A stretch of DNA of 64,000 nt from Dimorphilus gyrociliatus (Eukaryota > Animalia > Annelida): contig CAJFCJ010000002.1 of assembly GCA_904063045.1 (NCBI GenBank), positions 1,944,422 to 2,008,421 on the forward strand, given 5' to 3'. Both the position numbers and the translations under genes were made by a program. Below, piece by piece: positions 24,401-38,352 of the stretch. A model generated the notes under the pieces. It ran no database searches, had not been told where the DNA came from, and saw only the letters and a list, made by a program, of their open reading frames with translations. Every line of letters starts with the position of its first letter. The first letter of the stretch is position 1.

Positions 24401-25124
24401 ATGAATTCTTTTCACTTAAAAATCATATTATTACCCGCAATCAATTAATACAATTGATGCAATGCCTTTTATTTCTGAAGCAACATCGCCCAATAAAGTT
24501 AACCGACTCACCGGTAGGTTTCCGGATTTTGAAGCAACCATCAAAACATTTGTATTCGTCCTTAAGTACTTTTTAAGAGCTATAATACGAATAAACAATG
24601 AAATATAGAAAACATTAACAACGTATAATTACTATTCTAAGCAAAATAGAGTATATAATCAATAGACCGAAATACAAACCTTTAATATCATTGAATCTCT
24701 CTAATAACTTTAATTTATCTTTTCGAGTTGCTTCGGAAGAGGGTCGAATGAATTGCTATAAATTATTTGAGGGAAAAGATGTAAATTATAAATTTTATCG
24801 ATATCAATAAATCATAGAAACAATTCGTTAAGAAATAAAATCGAAATGTTTTAAAATTGAAAAAAAAATTGTTAGACAGTCATCACTCTTTTTTTTATTG
24901 TTATTCACACTACCTCCTTATTGGAATTGTCAATAATTGTTTCACCAGCTTCAATGACTTTTAGCTATCAATATTTAAAATATTTATATATTGCTGCCTA
25001 TATTTATTCTTGTAAGAAAATCAATTACAATTTCAACATTTCAAAAAATATCTATTGATTTGTTGAAATTATTTCAACTTACCGACACTGACAAAAGAAC
25101 TAGGAATATTAAATATCCCCTCAT
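18474..25124 (-). CDS. PDIA5: PDIA5/PDIR-type protein disulfide isomerase; long form has a signal peptide, a b domain and 11 a-type thioredoxin folds
   Basis: Signal peptide MRGYLIFLVLLSVS. PDIA5-type b domain (KKYLRTNTNVL..IDCGDSKKLCKKMK..YKDGEF..PWDEDP). Active-site motifs in order: CGFC, CGHC x5, CAEC, CTEEFC, none, none, CQVC. All introns traced with consistent phases to the stop at 18474. Confidence 0.9.
22424..22454 (-). CDS. PDIA5: Alternative terminal exon of PDIA5 encoding (N)QIHQKHNEL*, an ER-retention-like C-terminus
   Basis: Polypyrimidine tract plus TAG acceptor (ttctttttacttttag). It is phase-2 compatible with donor ATGAAAAA|gtaagt at 22623. In-frame TAA follows CAC AAC GAA CTT. 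A minus-strand AATAAA lies at 22170-22175. Confidence 0.8.
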
Positions 25125-25453
25125 GCTTCACCGGTAAATGAGAGGGCTTGTTCTAACTATGCGACACCATGATAAACAAAGTGTCTTTATACAAAAAAGT
25201 AACCAATCATGGTACTACAAATCAGCATGCCGGTTCGAACATGCATTGAAATCGCTCTTGTCAATCCATTTTTTCGAATTTTAGGTTAAATTAAACAATG
25301 TTTTAAAAATTTTAACTGACAGGTCGGTTCAAAAACTTATTCTCTACAACTTATAACTAAATATAATCGACTTTGATACTTACGGCAATAAATAAACACA
25401 AGAAAAACAAACTAATTGTTTTTCCTGCCATTTTGCATGCCACGTTTTTAACA

Positions 25454-25463
25454 CGCATGCGCA
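25454..25463. promoter_or_regulatory. NRF1-like motif in the divergent PDIA5/ADPRH intergenic region
   Basis: cgcatgcgca is near-consensus NRF1. A CCAAT motif lies at about 25203. Confidence 0.35.
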
Positions 25464-26726
25464 AATCCAGGGGTTTCGGTTACCGGTTTTTACTCAAAGA
25501 CTTAATAAAAAAGATAACACTAATTCTCAATCTTCAACTAATACAAAATATAACATTGTCTTACATTTATCTCAAACAACAGTTTTAGAGGGGTTTTTTT
25601 TTAGAGCTATTATCTCTATAATATATACGTAAACTTTTAAGTATTTTATTTAACCAAGCATAAGTTTTTTACTTTTACTTTCTTTTACCAAAATTCAACA
25701 ACATTTAATAAAACTAAAACCAACGAAATAGATTAAAATATTCGAATTTTTTTTTAAAAAAAATATAATTATTGATTTCAATAAGAAAAGAATAATTTTT
25801 AAAGTAATCAAGATAGATTAGATTTTTTTTTAAATTCAGCCTAGAAGAAAACTCTATATTTAACACAATCGCAACTCTATTATATTAATAGTTTGTAATA
25901 TATTTCAAATAGTTTGCTGCAGAAATGAATAAAGAATATTTTTGTTAAATATATAATAGCACGAGTTTTACGTTCGCCTATTTAAATAATCTCTTTCTTA
26001 GCGTGTTTTTAATGTAAGCCTTTTATTAAACTATTTCCTATTAAGATTAGATAAATAATTATTTAATGAGTGATATTGCAAGAATTTTCAACATGAATTT
26101 TATTTTCGTAGATGAACAAAACAAAAAGAAAATCTATAACATTTTCACTATTTATAATAATCATTTAAAAGATTGGCTTTATTTTCATCAACTATTCAAT
26201 TTCTAAGAAAAAGATGATTTAGTTGGTTTATATTATTTTCTCGGAAATGTGTAATTAAGACTTAAAAGAAAAGTTCCTTCAAAAGGTTACAGGATGTTGA
26301 ATTTAATTATTGATACATTCATAGAGATTCTTATAAGGTCACTAGAAAGATATTACATTTATTATATGAATTAATGCATAATTTATTACCCTAATATTTT
26401 TAATATTTCTATTTTAAAACCCAAATATTTCCATCAAGTATTCGCGTTTAACAACTTTGTCACCTTTATGCAGTAAATACGTTTGAAACATTCAAAATGA
26501 TTATGTAATTTAAATAAATATGTAGATATTAGTATACTTCTTATATATTTTACTGATTCGATATTACATAACTTTGTGAAATATTATATTTATTTATAAA
26601 TAGTTTTAAAAAAGGCGCTTAATTCCTTTTCCGAAAACGGTTAAGAAAAAGTGTAAAATATTCGTAAATATACCATTTTTCTTGTCAGTATATAAATATT
26701 ACTAATATTTATAATATAAGGAAATA

Positions 26727-28491
26727 ATGTCATATTTACAAAGGTTTAAAGCTTGTCTAGTTTTAAGGTGAAGTATAAAGATTTATAGAAAGTTATAATA
26801 TTCGTCAATTGAATTATTTTTTCTGATAGTGGAGTCGGTGATGCAATGGGATACTATAATGGGAAGTTCGAGTTTGAAAAATCAGGAAGTAGGATACATT
26901 CTAAAGTGAATAAGTTAGGCGGATTAGAGAATTTACAAATCAAATGTAATATGTGTTTTTTGATAAATAATGTGAAATAATTTATACAAATGCCTCTTAA
27001 TAGTACCAAGTTGGATGGTAAGCGATGATACCGTTATGCATATAGCAACTGCAAAAGGTTTATAACAATTTAATTGTTTCTTAACTTAAAGTTTACTTAA
27101 AGGTTCAACCTTTCAAAATATTTTACAAACTTACAATTAGATGTAGAAATTGTAATACATGTTTAATAATTTAATAATCAATGTTTTCTCTTCTTTATTA
27201 ACAATAGCTCTTATCGGGAATAAAGATATAACACCTTCTGAAAAGCTTTACTTAAAACTTGTTGAAGAATATGCAAACTGTATGTCAGATATGAATGGCA
27301 GAGCTCCTGGAAATACTTGCATGAGTGCATTGGTTTATTTGCAATCTCATAAAGGTTCTGGTTATAAAATTCCATTTAATCAGAGGTAAATTGAATTATG
27401 TGCTAAAAATATTCATATCCTACATTGTTTTCAAAGCAGTGTAGAGCGTCTAGTGTATATATGTTATACATTTTTTTTATTCACTGCCAGATAAGGTTAA
27501 TCATTCTAGTTGATTTTTTTTTAGAGGAGCTGGATGTGGCGCCGCTATGAGATCAATGTGCCTAGGATTAGTTTACCAGAAGTAAATTTCAAATTTACTT
27601 AAAATTTCATTATTTAATTATTTATATAATAAATTTATATAGGCCAGAACAACTAGATGATCTAATTAAAGTTTCAATAGAAGCTGGTCGAATAACTCAT
27701 AATCATCCCATAGGATACCTAGGATCTTTGGTATCAGCTTTATTTACTGCTTATGCCATTAATGGTAAAGTATATTCAATTGAAATGATAAGATATAAAA
27801 CAGAAATTTTAGATGTTCCAATAAAATCATGGGGTCATAATTTGTTGAAAGTCTTACCTATGGCACTTGAATATGTTAAAAGTGAAGGAAGAGATGTCGA
27901 AGAAAATACTCAAAAATGGTAGTGTCAAATTCTGCTTAGAACTTCCACAAAGACGCATTAACTTTCCTAATTCATAGGCATTCTTTCGAAGATTCCTGGA
28001 GAAGTTATTTGAAAACTCGTCAAATATTGGATGGTGAAAATGAACCTGTATTTCCAAACAATTATGATGTCGATGAAAGGGATGAGTTTTATACCTCCCT
28101 AAGTATTTCTGGTTGGGCCGGTAGCTGTGGTCATGATGCACCTATGATTGCGTTAGTATAGTAATAAATATTGAAAACATTTCGATAAATATATTTGTTA
28201 TACTATTAGATACGATGCCCTACTAAAATCAAAAGATAACTGGCTTGAACTCTGCTTATCTGGAGTTTTACACGGCGGGGATAACGATAGCACGGGAGCT
28301 ATAGCGGGTGCCTGGTACGGGGCTCTCTACGCCTACAAAGACGTGCCCAAAAACCATTACAAGGTTAATAGATTGAGTTCCATTTAGTAACCTGACCCAT
28401 ATTATACATTTATCATTCTTTACTATAGAATTTAGAATATCGCGACGTATTGAAAAGCTTGGCCACAAGTCTTTATAAATTACAAAACTAG
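26727..28491 (+). CDS. ADPRH: ADP-ribosylarginine hydrolase (ARH1), multi-exon
   Basis: [105 protein letters not shown]. Confidence 0.9.
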
Positions 28492-28763
28492 CAGAAGTCT
28501 CTTCATATAAACAAAATCTACTTTGACTTTTTTGTTAGAACACTTAGAACCTTACTAAAATGATAGAAATAGGTACAGGTACTCAGTGTTTTATATCATT
28601 CTATTCTTATGATGGTCAAAATATAGATCGTTAAAAAAATATTTATCTTATCGTTTTATTTATTGCGGCTTTCAATATATTTTGACTATATATACAAATG
28701 TGTTAAATATATTTTTGAATCAGACATCGAAGGGATAAGAAACTGATAACTCTAACGTAAAGC

Positions 28764-29932
28764 ATGTACCGTAAAGCGATTTTAGTCGAACCAAAAAAGC
28801 CTTTAGAATTCGTTGAAGAGCCAATTCCAGAAACACCTGATGATGGAGTTGTATTAGAATTGCTTTATTCAGGAGTTTGTCATAGTGATGTTCATATTCA
28901 AGCAGATTGTATGGATTTTGGAGGAGGAGTTTACGCCAGCCTGTTCGCTATCAACAAAGACCTATTTATAGGCAGAAATCTTGGTCACGAAATTTATGGC
29001 CGAATCATGTCTATGGGTCCAAATGCTAGCAAAAATTTTAAGGTCGGAGACGAGGTTGTTGCATACCCATGGGCTGGTTGTCGAAGCTGTGAATTTTGCA
29101 AAATTGATAGATCCAATTTTTGTAGCGATAATCAATTCGGCTTAAAAGATCTTGGTTTAGGTAGAAAAGGCGGATTTGCCACTCACATGGCTCTACCAGG
29201 TAAAGATCTTTAAAAATTCATAAGATTTGCTATAAAACGAAATATTTCAACTTTACAGAATGCGAAAAGTATCTTATCAAGAGAGGAAACATCGACCCTA
29301 AAGTCGCTCCTCTACTTTCTTGTAGCGCTCTGACAGCTTTTTCGGGACTGAGGCAAATTAAGGAAAGTTTAGATACCAGAGCAAGAGCTGGACTGACACA
29401 AAATATTTTGCTCATTGGAGCTGGGGGTCTTGGACAGTGGGCAGTTGCTTACAGTAAACACTTATATCCAGAATGCAATCTAACAGTAGCTGACATTTCG
29501 ACAGAGAAGCTTGAACAGCTAAGCGAAAGAGGTGTCGATAATACAGTTCTTTTCTCTAAGACATCAACTATTGCTGAAAAAGCCCAACAATTTCCACATA
29601 AAATGGATGGAATAATTGATTTTGTTGGCTCTTCCCAGACTGCTTCACTCGCAGCAAAATTATTGAGCAGAGGTGGAACTATGGTTGTCATTGGACTGAT
29701 TGGTGGTCAAATTGAAGCCTCGCTTTTAGGGCTAATTGACGGTACCCAAACTATTAAGGGTGTTCGAACTGGAAGCTTTGAGCTAATGAAAGAAATGATA
29801 AGATTAACAGAGGAAAAAAATATCCGTGGTCCTGAAATTTTCACCTACAAATTCGACCAAGTAAACGAAGCTTTGGATGCAATAAGAAATGGAACAATGA
29901 TGGGAAGAGCAGTTTTAGACATAAAAGCTTAA
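28764..29932 (+). CDS. Zn-dependent medium-chain alcohol dehydrogenase, microbial-type subfamily; one intron
   Basis: GVCHSD and GHE catalytic Zn ligands plus LSCSALT; structural Zn site CRSCEFC-x7-C; GAGGLG Rossmann motif; ADIS acidic residue indicating NAD preference; ends GRAVL. Intron at about 29200-29258. Confidence 0.95.
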
Positions 29933-30485
29933 ATATTTTCATTCAAGACGTTAAACAAGGACTTTCTATGAAAATTCATCAATAGTATCTATGTTACCTT
30001 CACCATTATCTGATAACATGTTTTTTGTGTTTTAGATTATCAACCTAACCATATATAACAATTGCACAACTTTTAAGCTACAATACAACTAAACTTCATC
30101 TGTAAACAGATTAGAATGTTTATAACACTGTTACATTAATTTCTACAACAGATATAGATTACATTACAATGTAATTGTATTACTTACTTGTTTGACAGAT
30201 GTTAAAACTTACATTTCGAGGAAGTTTACGAAGTAATATAAGTACCTTTTTTAAATGTAGGACTGTGAAGGAATATTAGTTTAAAAGAGCTCTGACCAAA
30301 ACTTTATTGTTAAAAGTTGTTAACAGACATACAATCACAGTTTTTTTAGAACTATACATATAAATATTACCATTCTTTTTTTTTACATAATTTCCTATAA
30401 CAATATACAAATAAGTGAATATTTTCGAATCAAGGGACAAGCAAATAAATTAAATTCTATTATCTGTTCACCTACTATCTTTTTA

Positions 30486-33400
30486 TCAGTGAAGATTATC
30501 TTTTCTATTGCTTATTTGGGCCTTTAGTTTTATATTTTGAGATTCTAACTCGTGATTTCTTCTTTCTAGACGATCCATTTTATCACCTTCGGTTTTACAA
30601 ACATCTTCAGTAATTTTAATGTCGTGTTGCATTTCACTAATAGTTTGTTTTAAAACGCCAATTTGTTCCTCTAATTTAATTATATCCCTTGTTTTGTTGT
30701 TCGATTGTTCGCGAGCTAGTTCAAGATCTTGAGATAACTTTTGAGCATTTTGGAAGAAAAGCATCCTTTCCTTTTCGTATAGAGCTAACTGGTTTCTTAG
30801 ATCCTTATCTAACTTTGTTTTAGACTCATTTGGCATAATTTGCAATTCAAATTTCCTCTTCAGACTTGAAACTTGACTCTGACTTTCAGCCAATTGTAAT
30901 TCCAAAGTTTGCATATGTGCTTCTTGAGTGTAAGAACTCGCTTGAGTCGCTTGTAATTGTTTTCTTAGTAGTAGAACTTCATCCTTTTCCGCCTGTAATT
31001 CTATTTGAAGTTTATTATAATTTATTACCAAGTCTTGACTATTGTAATCCTCTGGGTGATCAGTATTTTTCGTTAAATATTCATGTTGTTTCCTTAGGAC
31101 GTCTAGTTGTTGTTCTACAAGGCGTTTAGCAGTCATTTCTTGGTGTAAACGTCTCTTTAGAGCGTCAATAGTTTTTTCAAAATTTTTATTTGACGAATGG
31201 AGATTTTCCCTTACTTCTTGCAGAGCCAATAAAGAAGCTTCAGTAGCCAAAAGATCAGCGTTTGACTTATTTAAGCTGTCGCGTAATGAACGAATTTCTT
31301 CCTCTGAGCTTAGGGATATTTGTTGCAGTTCATGACTTAGCCTAAATACTTCTTTCGTATACTCTTCTTTGACTAATTTTAGCCCTTCTTTAAGTTGGTT
31401 AATATTTGTCAAAAGTTTGTCATTTTGTTGAGAGAGATGACTTTGCTTCTCTCTTTCAAGAATTAATTCCGAATGGATTGTTTCGACGATACCTTGAGCT
31501 TCTTTTAATTCCGTTTCAGCTTGGAATAATTGACATTCAAGCTCTTTTCTACCTCTGGCTTCAGAATCCATTTGTCCAATTGATTGATAACAGGATCTAA
31601 TTTGTAAATCTTTAGTTCTAATCTGCTCTTTTAGATCATTAATCTCTTCCCTAAATTTTGAAACCATTTCATTCATATTGCCTTTCTCTCTTTTTGCAAA
31701 ATCTAAGTCTGTGACAAAATCTTGTCTCATTTTTTCAACTACTTGTTTATACTTAGTTTGTTCAATTGAGAGTAACCTTTCAAAATTTTCAATTCTATCA
31801 TAAAGTACTTTTGTTTCTTCAATAACCTTTTCCTTCTCATATCTAGTTTGTTCGAATTGACTCCTCTCTTCGCGTAATTTTTGCTCCAATGTATTAACTT
31901 CCATTTCATAGCTCTTTATCCTTTCATTTAATTTCGATTGCTGTTGTTCCTCTAGAATATATTGTTCTCTAAGGGACATATGCAAATTTTGCTCTTTATC
32001 AAAAGCGGTTTGTAACAATTCAAGTTCGGATTTTAATTTTTCCTGAGCATCATTTAAAAATTTCAATTCACTCTTTCTCTCTGAAGAGATTCTTCTCTCC
32101 TCTTTTAGTATTTCTGCTCCAGCACTCATTTGTTGTTTAAGATTATTCATATTTTTAGATAATAGCTTATTTTGCTCAGCAAATTTCTGCAATCTTTGAC
32201 CAAGGCATTTCTTTTCGTCTTCGGCTGCTTGAAGTTGACTTTGAGCGTGTCTAAGATCAGCTTGAAGAGACAAAGTCATATCGTGACTGTTTTGATAGAG
32301 TTTTTCTGATTCCATAGCTTGATGCCGAGCGTCTCCCATTCTTCTTCCACTTTCAATTAGATCTTCTTTAATTCCATCGAGTTCGTCACTCAGCCTTTCG
32401 ACGTCTCTTTCCAACGAATACTTATCAGATAATAGCTTTTCTTTATCCTGCCTTGTTTTCTCAATTAATTCTTTAGTAGCGCAATTCTCTCTGTAAAATT
32501 AATTTTCAGGTAGAGTATTCCTAAAATAGGCTAACAATTAAATAATCTTTCACCCTCACCGAATTATTTTATCGTATTCCTGCATCACCCTATCAATTTC
32601 GGTTCTACTAGACAAATTTTCCTCTGTAATTACTTCTAATTTCCTATTTAAATCTTCTATTTCTAAATTAGCTACCGCTAATAAATTCTTAGTTTGATCC
32701 ATTTCACCTGTCCTAGCTTCCGAGAGTGCTTTAGCGCAAGCAACTTCAGTCATGAGCATATGATTGTCATCTTTCATTATGGCAATTGCCTGATCATATT
32801 CTGTTTTTATTTTCCTCATATCATTTTCAATTTTTGAAAGCTCTTCTTTAGCTTCTAATTCAACTTTACTTCTAAGTTCGTCAATTTTCAGTAGTTCTGC
32901 TTTAAAATTATCTCGTTCAGTTGTAAGACGATGAACTGTAGCCTCCAAATCTACTCTTGAAGCGGTTATTTGGGAAACGATTGACTTTTCAACAATTAGT
33001 TCCCTTGTAAATTCTTTTAGTTTCCTCATTAATTCTGTATTTTCTTTTACGACCGTTTGAAGTGCAACTTTCTTAGCATCAGCATCCTGTTTATGATTTT
33101 CTATCTCTATTTCTAATGCTCTTATTCGTATCTCCGCTTCAACAATTGATTGAGTAGTATCAATTTGACCATTTTCTATTAATGTTAAAACTCCTTCCTT
33201 CAATTCGAGATTTTTTTCATGAAGCATTGTAGTTAATTTTGACGCCTTTTCTTTCTGCTTTTCATATTCTATAGCTACAACACGTAATTGAGCAACAGCT
33301 TCATCTCTATCCTTTTCGACGGTACTTAATTGTCTTTGTAAATCGGAAAACTGTTCATTATTAACAGGATAAACTCCCTGAGATCCATCGGAACCCGAAA

Positions 33401-34738
33401 CTTCATCGCCGTCATTAAGATGATGAACATTTCCAACAGACGAACTTTTCGCTCTGCCAATAGCTCGGCAAATCCCTTGAGGGTCTTCATCACCGTCTAA
33501 AAAATTTGACTTAAATTCTGAATTATTACTACTAGCGTTAAATTTCATTAATTTATCGTTTATCCTCTCAAAACTGATTCTTTTAGTTTCGGCATCAATC
33601 TAATCACATTTATCATACATGTATCCGTTAAAATAATAATTATTTTGCGTATTATTTACACAAACCTTATTTAAATTATTTATTTCAGGGAATGTATTTA
33701 ATATATCATGAAAGTCTCTTCTTTCGTAATCTCCATTAAAGTTTTCGAATTCAATAGTTTCTCTCATTTTAGACTTGTAAGAATTAACATTTTTGTCTTT
33801 ATATAAAAAATGCATCAATTAAATATATATACAATATAAATTCTTATATGTATTAAGTAATAATATAATTGTACTTAAAGTATAGACTGCTCTCTTTGTC
33901 TCGTTTTCGAATAATTCCATTTCTGTCGAGTTGTACTTTAATACTGGTAAAGTTAGATGCGGAGTCATTTCTTTCGATCTAATAGTTTCTAATCGCCTTT
34001 GAGTTTCTGGAAGATTGATAAGATTATCGATAACTTCCGGTTGTTTGAGTAAAGTTGATATATAAGAGGGGTTTTTTTCCAATTTATCCCTAATATCCTT
34101 TTTCGTACTAATAAATATTTGTAGTGAAACATCATCTATGCAAGCTTGTTGTAGATCTTCATTCCTTTCGATTAACTTTAATAATTTGGGATTGAGAAGA
34201 GTACGAATGAAGAGATCATGACAAGGTATGTTCTGTATTGTTTTTTTGTTTTAATATATATCTATAGATTCATACAAGAAGCAAAAAAGTTATTTGATTT
34301 CTATAAACCTTTTTCAATTGAAGTAATTCTAAATGTTCCATAAATTCATGATTATGGTCTATGAAACACCTAATATCGTCAAAATTTCTTAATATCTCAC
34401 GACTCTCTTCCTCTAACCAGAGTTCTGCCAAGATTGAAGGGTTCGCTATTAAATAATGATGAAAATCTGGATCGCCTAATAGAAATCTCTTTGTACTATC
34501 ATCTTTTAATAAAACAGGCAAGGTCTCAATGAAATCATGATCGTAGGCGTTATTATTTATATTTGTCCTCTGGAAATTCAAAATATAGAAATAGATTAAA
34601 GAGTTTAAAAAAAAAAGAATTATTATCATGCATAGTTTATTCATTTTAATGAAAGTATTATACTTCATTTTCTTTGTGGCTTCCTGAAGCAGATTTATTG
34701 AAACAGTCATATTTTTTATTTATAATACTTTTTCTCAT
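30486..34738 (-). CDS. Large coiled-coil protein with a non-coiled helical N-terminal region (centrosomal/ciliary-type; not identified)
   Basis: ORFs 30486-32414 and 32556-33548 are heptad-rich and join through a phase-2 intron. Upstream exons join in frame (NLNK|IDAETKR). Probable ATG at 34738. The true 3' end may lie in further small exons below 30486. Confidence 0.7.
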
Positions 34739-35135
34739 CTTTTTAATTATACTTTTTCAAAGATATTTTCAATTTATTCGATGTTTTCTTCAAGTTTTTT
34801 TACTTTCGATGTTTTTTTTTTCAATCATAAATTGAATTTAATTAATTATTTAATTTATATTTTTAAAATAAACATAAAAATTTTAGGCCTAAACTATTAG
34901 AATAATTTAGATCTTTCAATCAAACCATGTATTACTAAATTTATGTGATATAAGATGACAAACAAAAAAATTAGGTTTTTAATACAAACTTTCAATAATA
35001 ATTATCCATAGTTTGGAAGAAAAACTTTTATCTTCTTCTACTTTGTTTAATCTGGATATGAATGATTATAAAACTTTGTACAATATATTTAAAAGAAAAA
35101 TTACATATATACATAGCATATCTATACATTAGTAT

Positions 35136-35963
35136 TTATTGTGAGTTAGGATATTGTAGTTTTTCAAAAACTTCCTCTACTAATGGCAATTTTGGAGAAA
35201 TTTCGTCTGGATGGAGTACTTCGTGTAAACTGATTCCTTGAGAATTTAACTGTGAGTACACGCATTCGCGTTTTGTACTCTCTCTCAACATAAAATTATT
35301 TTCTTGCTCATAATGAATTCTTGTCTCATATACCCTCACAATTACATCATCAACTCTCATATAAAATCTGCTGAGTATGAAGAATCCTGAGGGCATAACT
35401 CTTACTTTCACACCTAATTTGGCTTCCCCATTATCTCCTAGTTCATCTTCAAATAATAAAATGTCCGAATAAAAGAGAATTTTCTCTCGAATCTTTAAAA
35501 ATTTTTAAATGAAAATTACTTTGTAAAATTAGCAAACTATGTGTACCTTTAACTTTTCTAAATTGATCCTCTCTTTTGTTGGAATAACTTTTATACTTTC
35601 TAATTCTCCAGATATAAGACTTCCTTTATAATCTGTTGTATATGTCCAATCATGTGGCTGAACTACATTGTCTACTCCTTCTTGAGAAGTTCTCGACTCT
35701 TTCCATTCGTCTGCGTAAGCTACTTTTATAAGATCTCTATGAGCATCAACGCCCTTTAAAGCGTCTAAAGCGCAAAATTTAATTCCAAAACCATTTTTAT
35801 GAACAAATTCTAAAGAATTATCAGCGAAAAGCATTTCCGGCAAATGCGGTAGTTCTAAATTCTCTTCAAATTCTCGTCTCTTTTCACCTTCCGACTCTAA
35901 AATGTGAGATTTAGTCTCTGTAATTGTCCATAATCCGAATGAAAAACTTTTTGTTGTTGACAT
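35136..35963 (-). CDS. TIPRL: TIP41-like PP2A regulator; two exons
   Basis: LPHLPEMLFADN, ALDALK, PHDWTYTTDYKG, LFEDELGDNG, VKVRVMPSGFFILSRFYMRVDDVIVRVYETR. Confidence 0.95.
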
Positions 35964-36600
35964 GGCGAAGAAATTAAAAAACAAAAAATTTTGAGCGAAA
36001 ATAGAGTGCACTCTCCAGACAACAAATGTACTTGGCTATACTTTTCAGGAAGTTAGCGCCATCTTCATTCTCTATCCTATATAAAATTCTTACGAACAAT
36101 TCCTGTTACATTATTAAAAGAAATACAGAGATATAGTATTTTACATGATTAAAGTGTACTAAATAACCCTGCAGTATAATATAATAAATATAATAATGCT
36201 AAATGAAAATTAATCAGGTGTAGAGTTATTTTTATAATATTTTATAAAATTTATGAAATTAAGCCTATTTTTTAAGAAATTTAGAAAAAGATCAATTTTC
36301 TAAAATTACCCTGTAGAATAAATATGATATTAAATTTTAAATAATCCATAATGCATACTGCTTTTATAGTTTTCTAGGAATTTAAAATATCATTTTCATG
36401 AGAAAATAATAATAAAGGTTAATATACTTGAAATCGATTTAAATATGCTAATTAAAACATAAATCTATTAATGAAATTTACATGATGAAAAATTAGAGAT
36501 ATTCAAACGACTGTAGATGTCGCTAGCATCTTTTATGTCCCATTTTTCAATTATACCTTTAATTCGGATGCTCCAAATTTTTAACTAACTATCAAATACA

Positions 36601-38352
36601 ATGTTTGGCAGTATTTGGAACTTTTGTAAAAGGCATCGTAGAAAGTTTTTTTTCACGGGGATTCTTGTGGGAGGTAACAATGAAACCTTAATATGTCTTT
36701 ATGCTTAAAACTGGACAGTTTATTAAGTATGATCACATTGAATTATGCGATAACAGGTTCCTATGCGGCATTTCGTTTCGTATATTCAAAATATATGAAA
36801 AGTAGAAAAGAAGAATCCGAAAAAATGATGGAGAAAGTCAGAAAGAAGCATCTGTTTGAGTCAAATCAAAAAACATGCGATTTAACTGGTAAATGAACAT
36901 CTCTGTATAATAAAATATAATACTGTAGTTCGCCTTGAGTGCACTCGTATAGGAGAACTTGTTGAAAGCTAATCATATAATTTTTCAGTCCATTCTCTAA
37001 TACCGACATTAAGAAACGTATTGAACAACATCTTAGACTGCGAGGGAATACTTGAGAAGCTAAAATCAAAGTATTAAATTTTCTTAAAGAATATGAAAAG
37101 GAATTTAAAAGAATTATATATTTTAGAACTGATAATAAAGTTGCTTTATGGGAAGAGCTGAAAGTCAAAAGTATACTTTTACAAGAGAAATCTATATTGT
37201 GTCATAAAAAAAGAAAATTTGCTTTTTGCCCTTTCAGCATTTACTAGAACAATATCATCCATCTATGCAACTTCCCTGCTAATTGTCTACCTTAAAGTAC
37301 AACTAAATATTGTATCTGGTCTAATGTTCACAGAAATAGAAAAAGTAATATTCTAATAATTAAAGCAATTTGTAATTACTTATTGATTAATTTTGACCTA
37401 TATTCCCATTAGACTAACGAGGAGGGAAAGCGAATAACAAATGACGTTCAAAAGAAATATCTTTCAACAATCAATTATTTGTTAGAACATGGTATAGAAG
37501 GCTTGATACAAAAGATTAATATCGCTGTAAATGAATATATATCAGGGTATGGAAGAATAATTACGCCGTTCTTAGAACTGTAATAGTGTTCTTTTACTTT
37601 CCAATAATGACTTTTAGAATATCTTTGAAAGCAAATATCGCAATTAATTCTATCGAAGAGCTAACGAGGCAAATTCGCCACCGAGTAGAATGCCAACAAA
37701 CTGATGGCCATCACGAAACTAGTACCAAATCGTTACTGTCTTACATATTAAATAGTAATCAACTTGAAGCGAATGGAGAATTAAAAGAACTGTTAAATTT
37801 TACTAAGGACGTTACAGAGAGGTAAATTTGATTAGATGAAGATATTTGCTCATCTTCACCTTAAATTATTGTTGGAATAACTGTATTAGATGTATAACAT
37901 CATACTTTCTATCAATTAGTATTCTTATTTACGCAACAGTTCAGATTTCCATAAGGTTCTATCTGTGTGCTTGGAAAGCGGCTTTGCTCTTTTCTATGAT
38001 AATGTTGCAAATGAATTAAAGGAAGCCAATCCCTCCACAGTCAGGTTGTCTACAAAATATTATAGTTAATCATTAAGTATTAATTCAATTCGCATGTTTA
38101 ACAGCTTGGCTAATTCGTCTCTACCAATGGCAAAAGTTGTCCCAATAATAACCAATTTCTATGGAAAAGTTATGAAAGAAGGCCAAAATAATTACATACA
38201 AGTATTCAATATGAAATACTGCATAATATATTATTCATAACTAGTGCTTATTATAAATATTTCAGATGCTTCTGAGAAAAAACGTGCTGCAAGATTTTGC
38301 CGCAAACATATACGAAGCTTTTTCAAGTAACACTGAAATGCGTGCCGATTAA
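36601..38352 (+). CDS. PEX3: Peroxin-3, multi-exon; head-to-head with TIPRL
   Basis: MFGSIWNFCKRHRRKFFFTGILVGG, HLFESNQKTCDLT, WEELKV, QRSLRTCLLKCV-like core, PMAKVVPII, VLQDFAANIYEAFS. Confidence 0.9.

Noticed and set aside
25226-25244. gcatg-ccggttcgaa-catgc hairpin with a B-box-like GGTTCGAA
   Set aside because: No A-box or cloverleaf, so not supportable as a tRNA or SINE.
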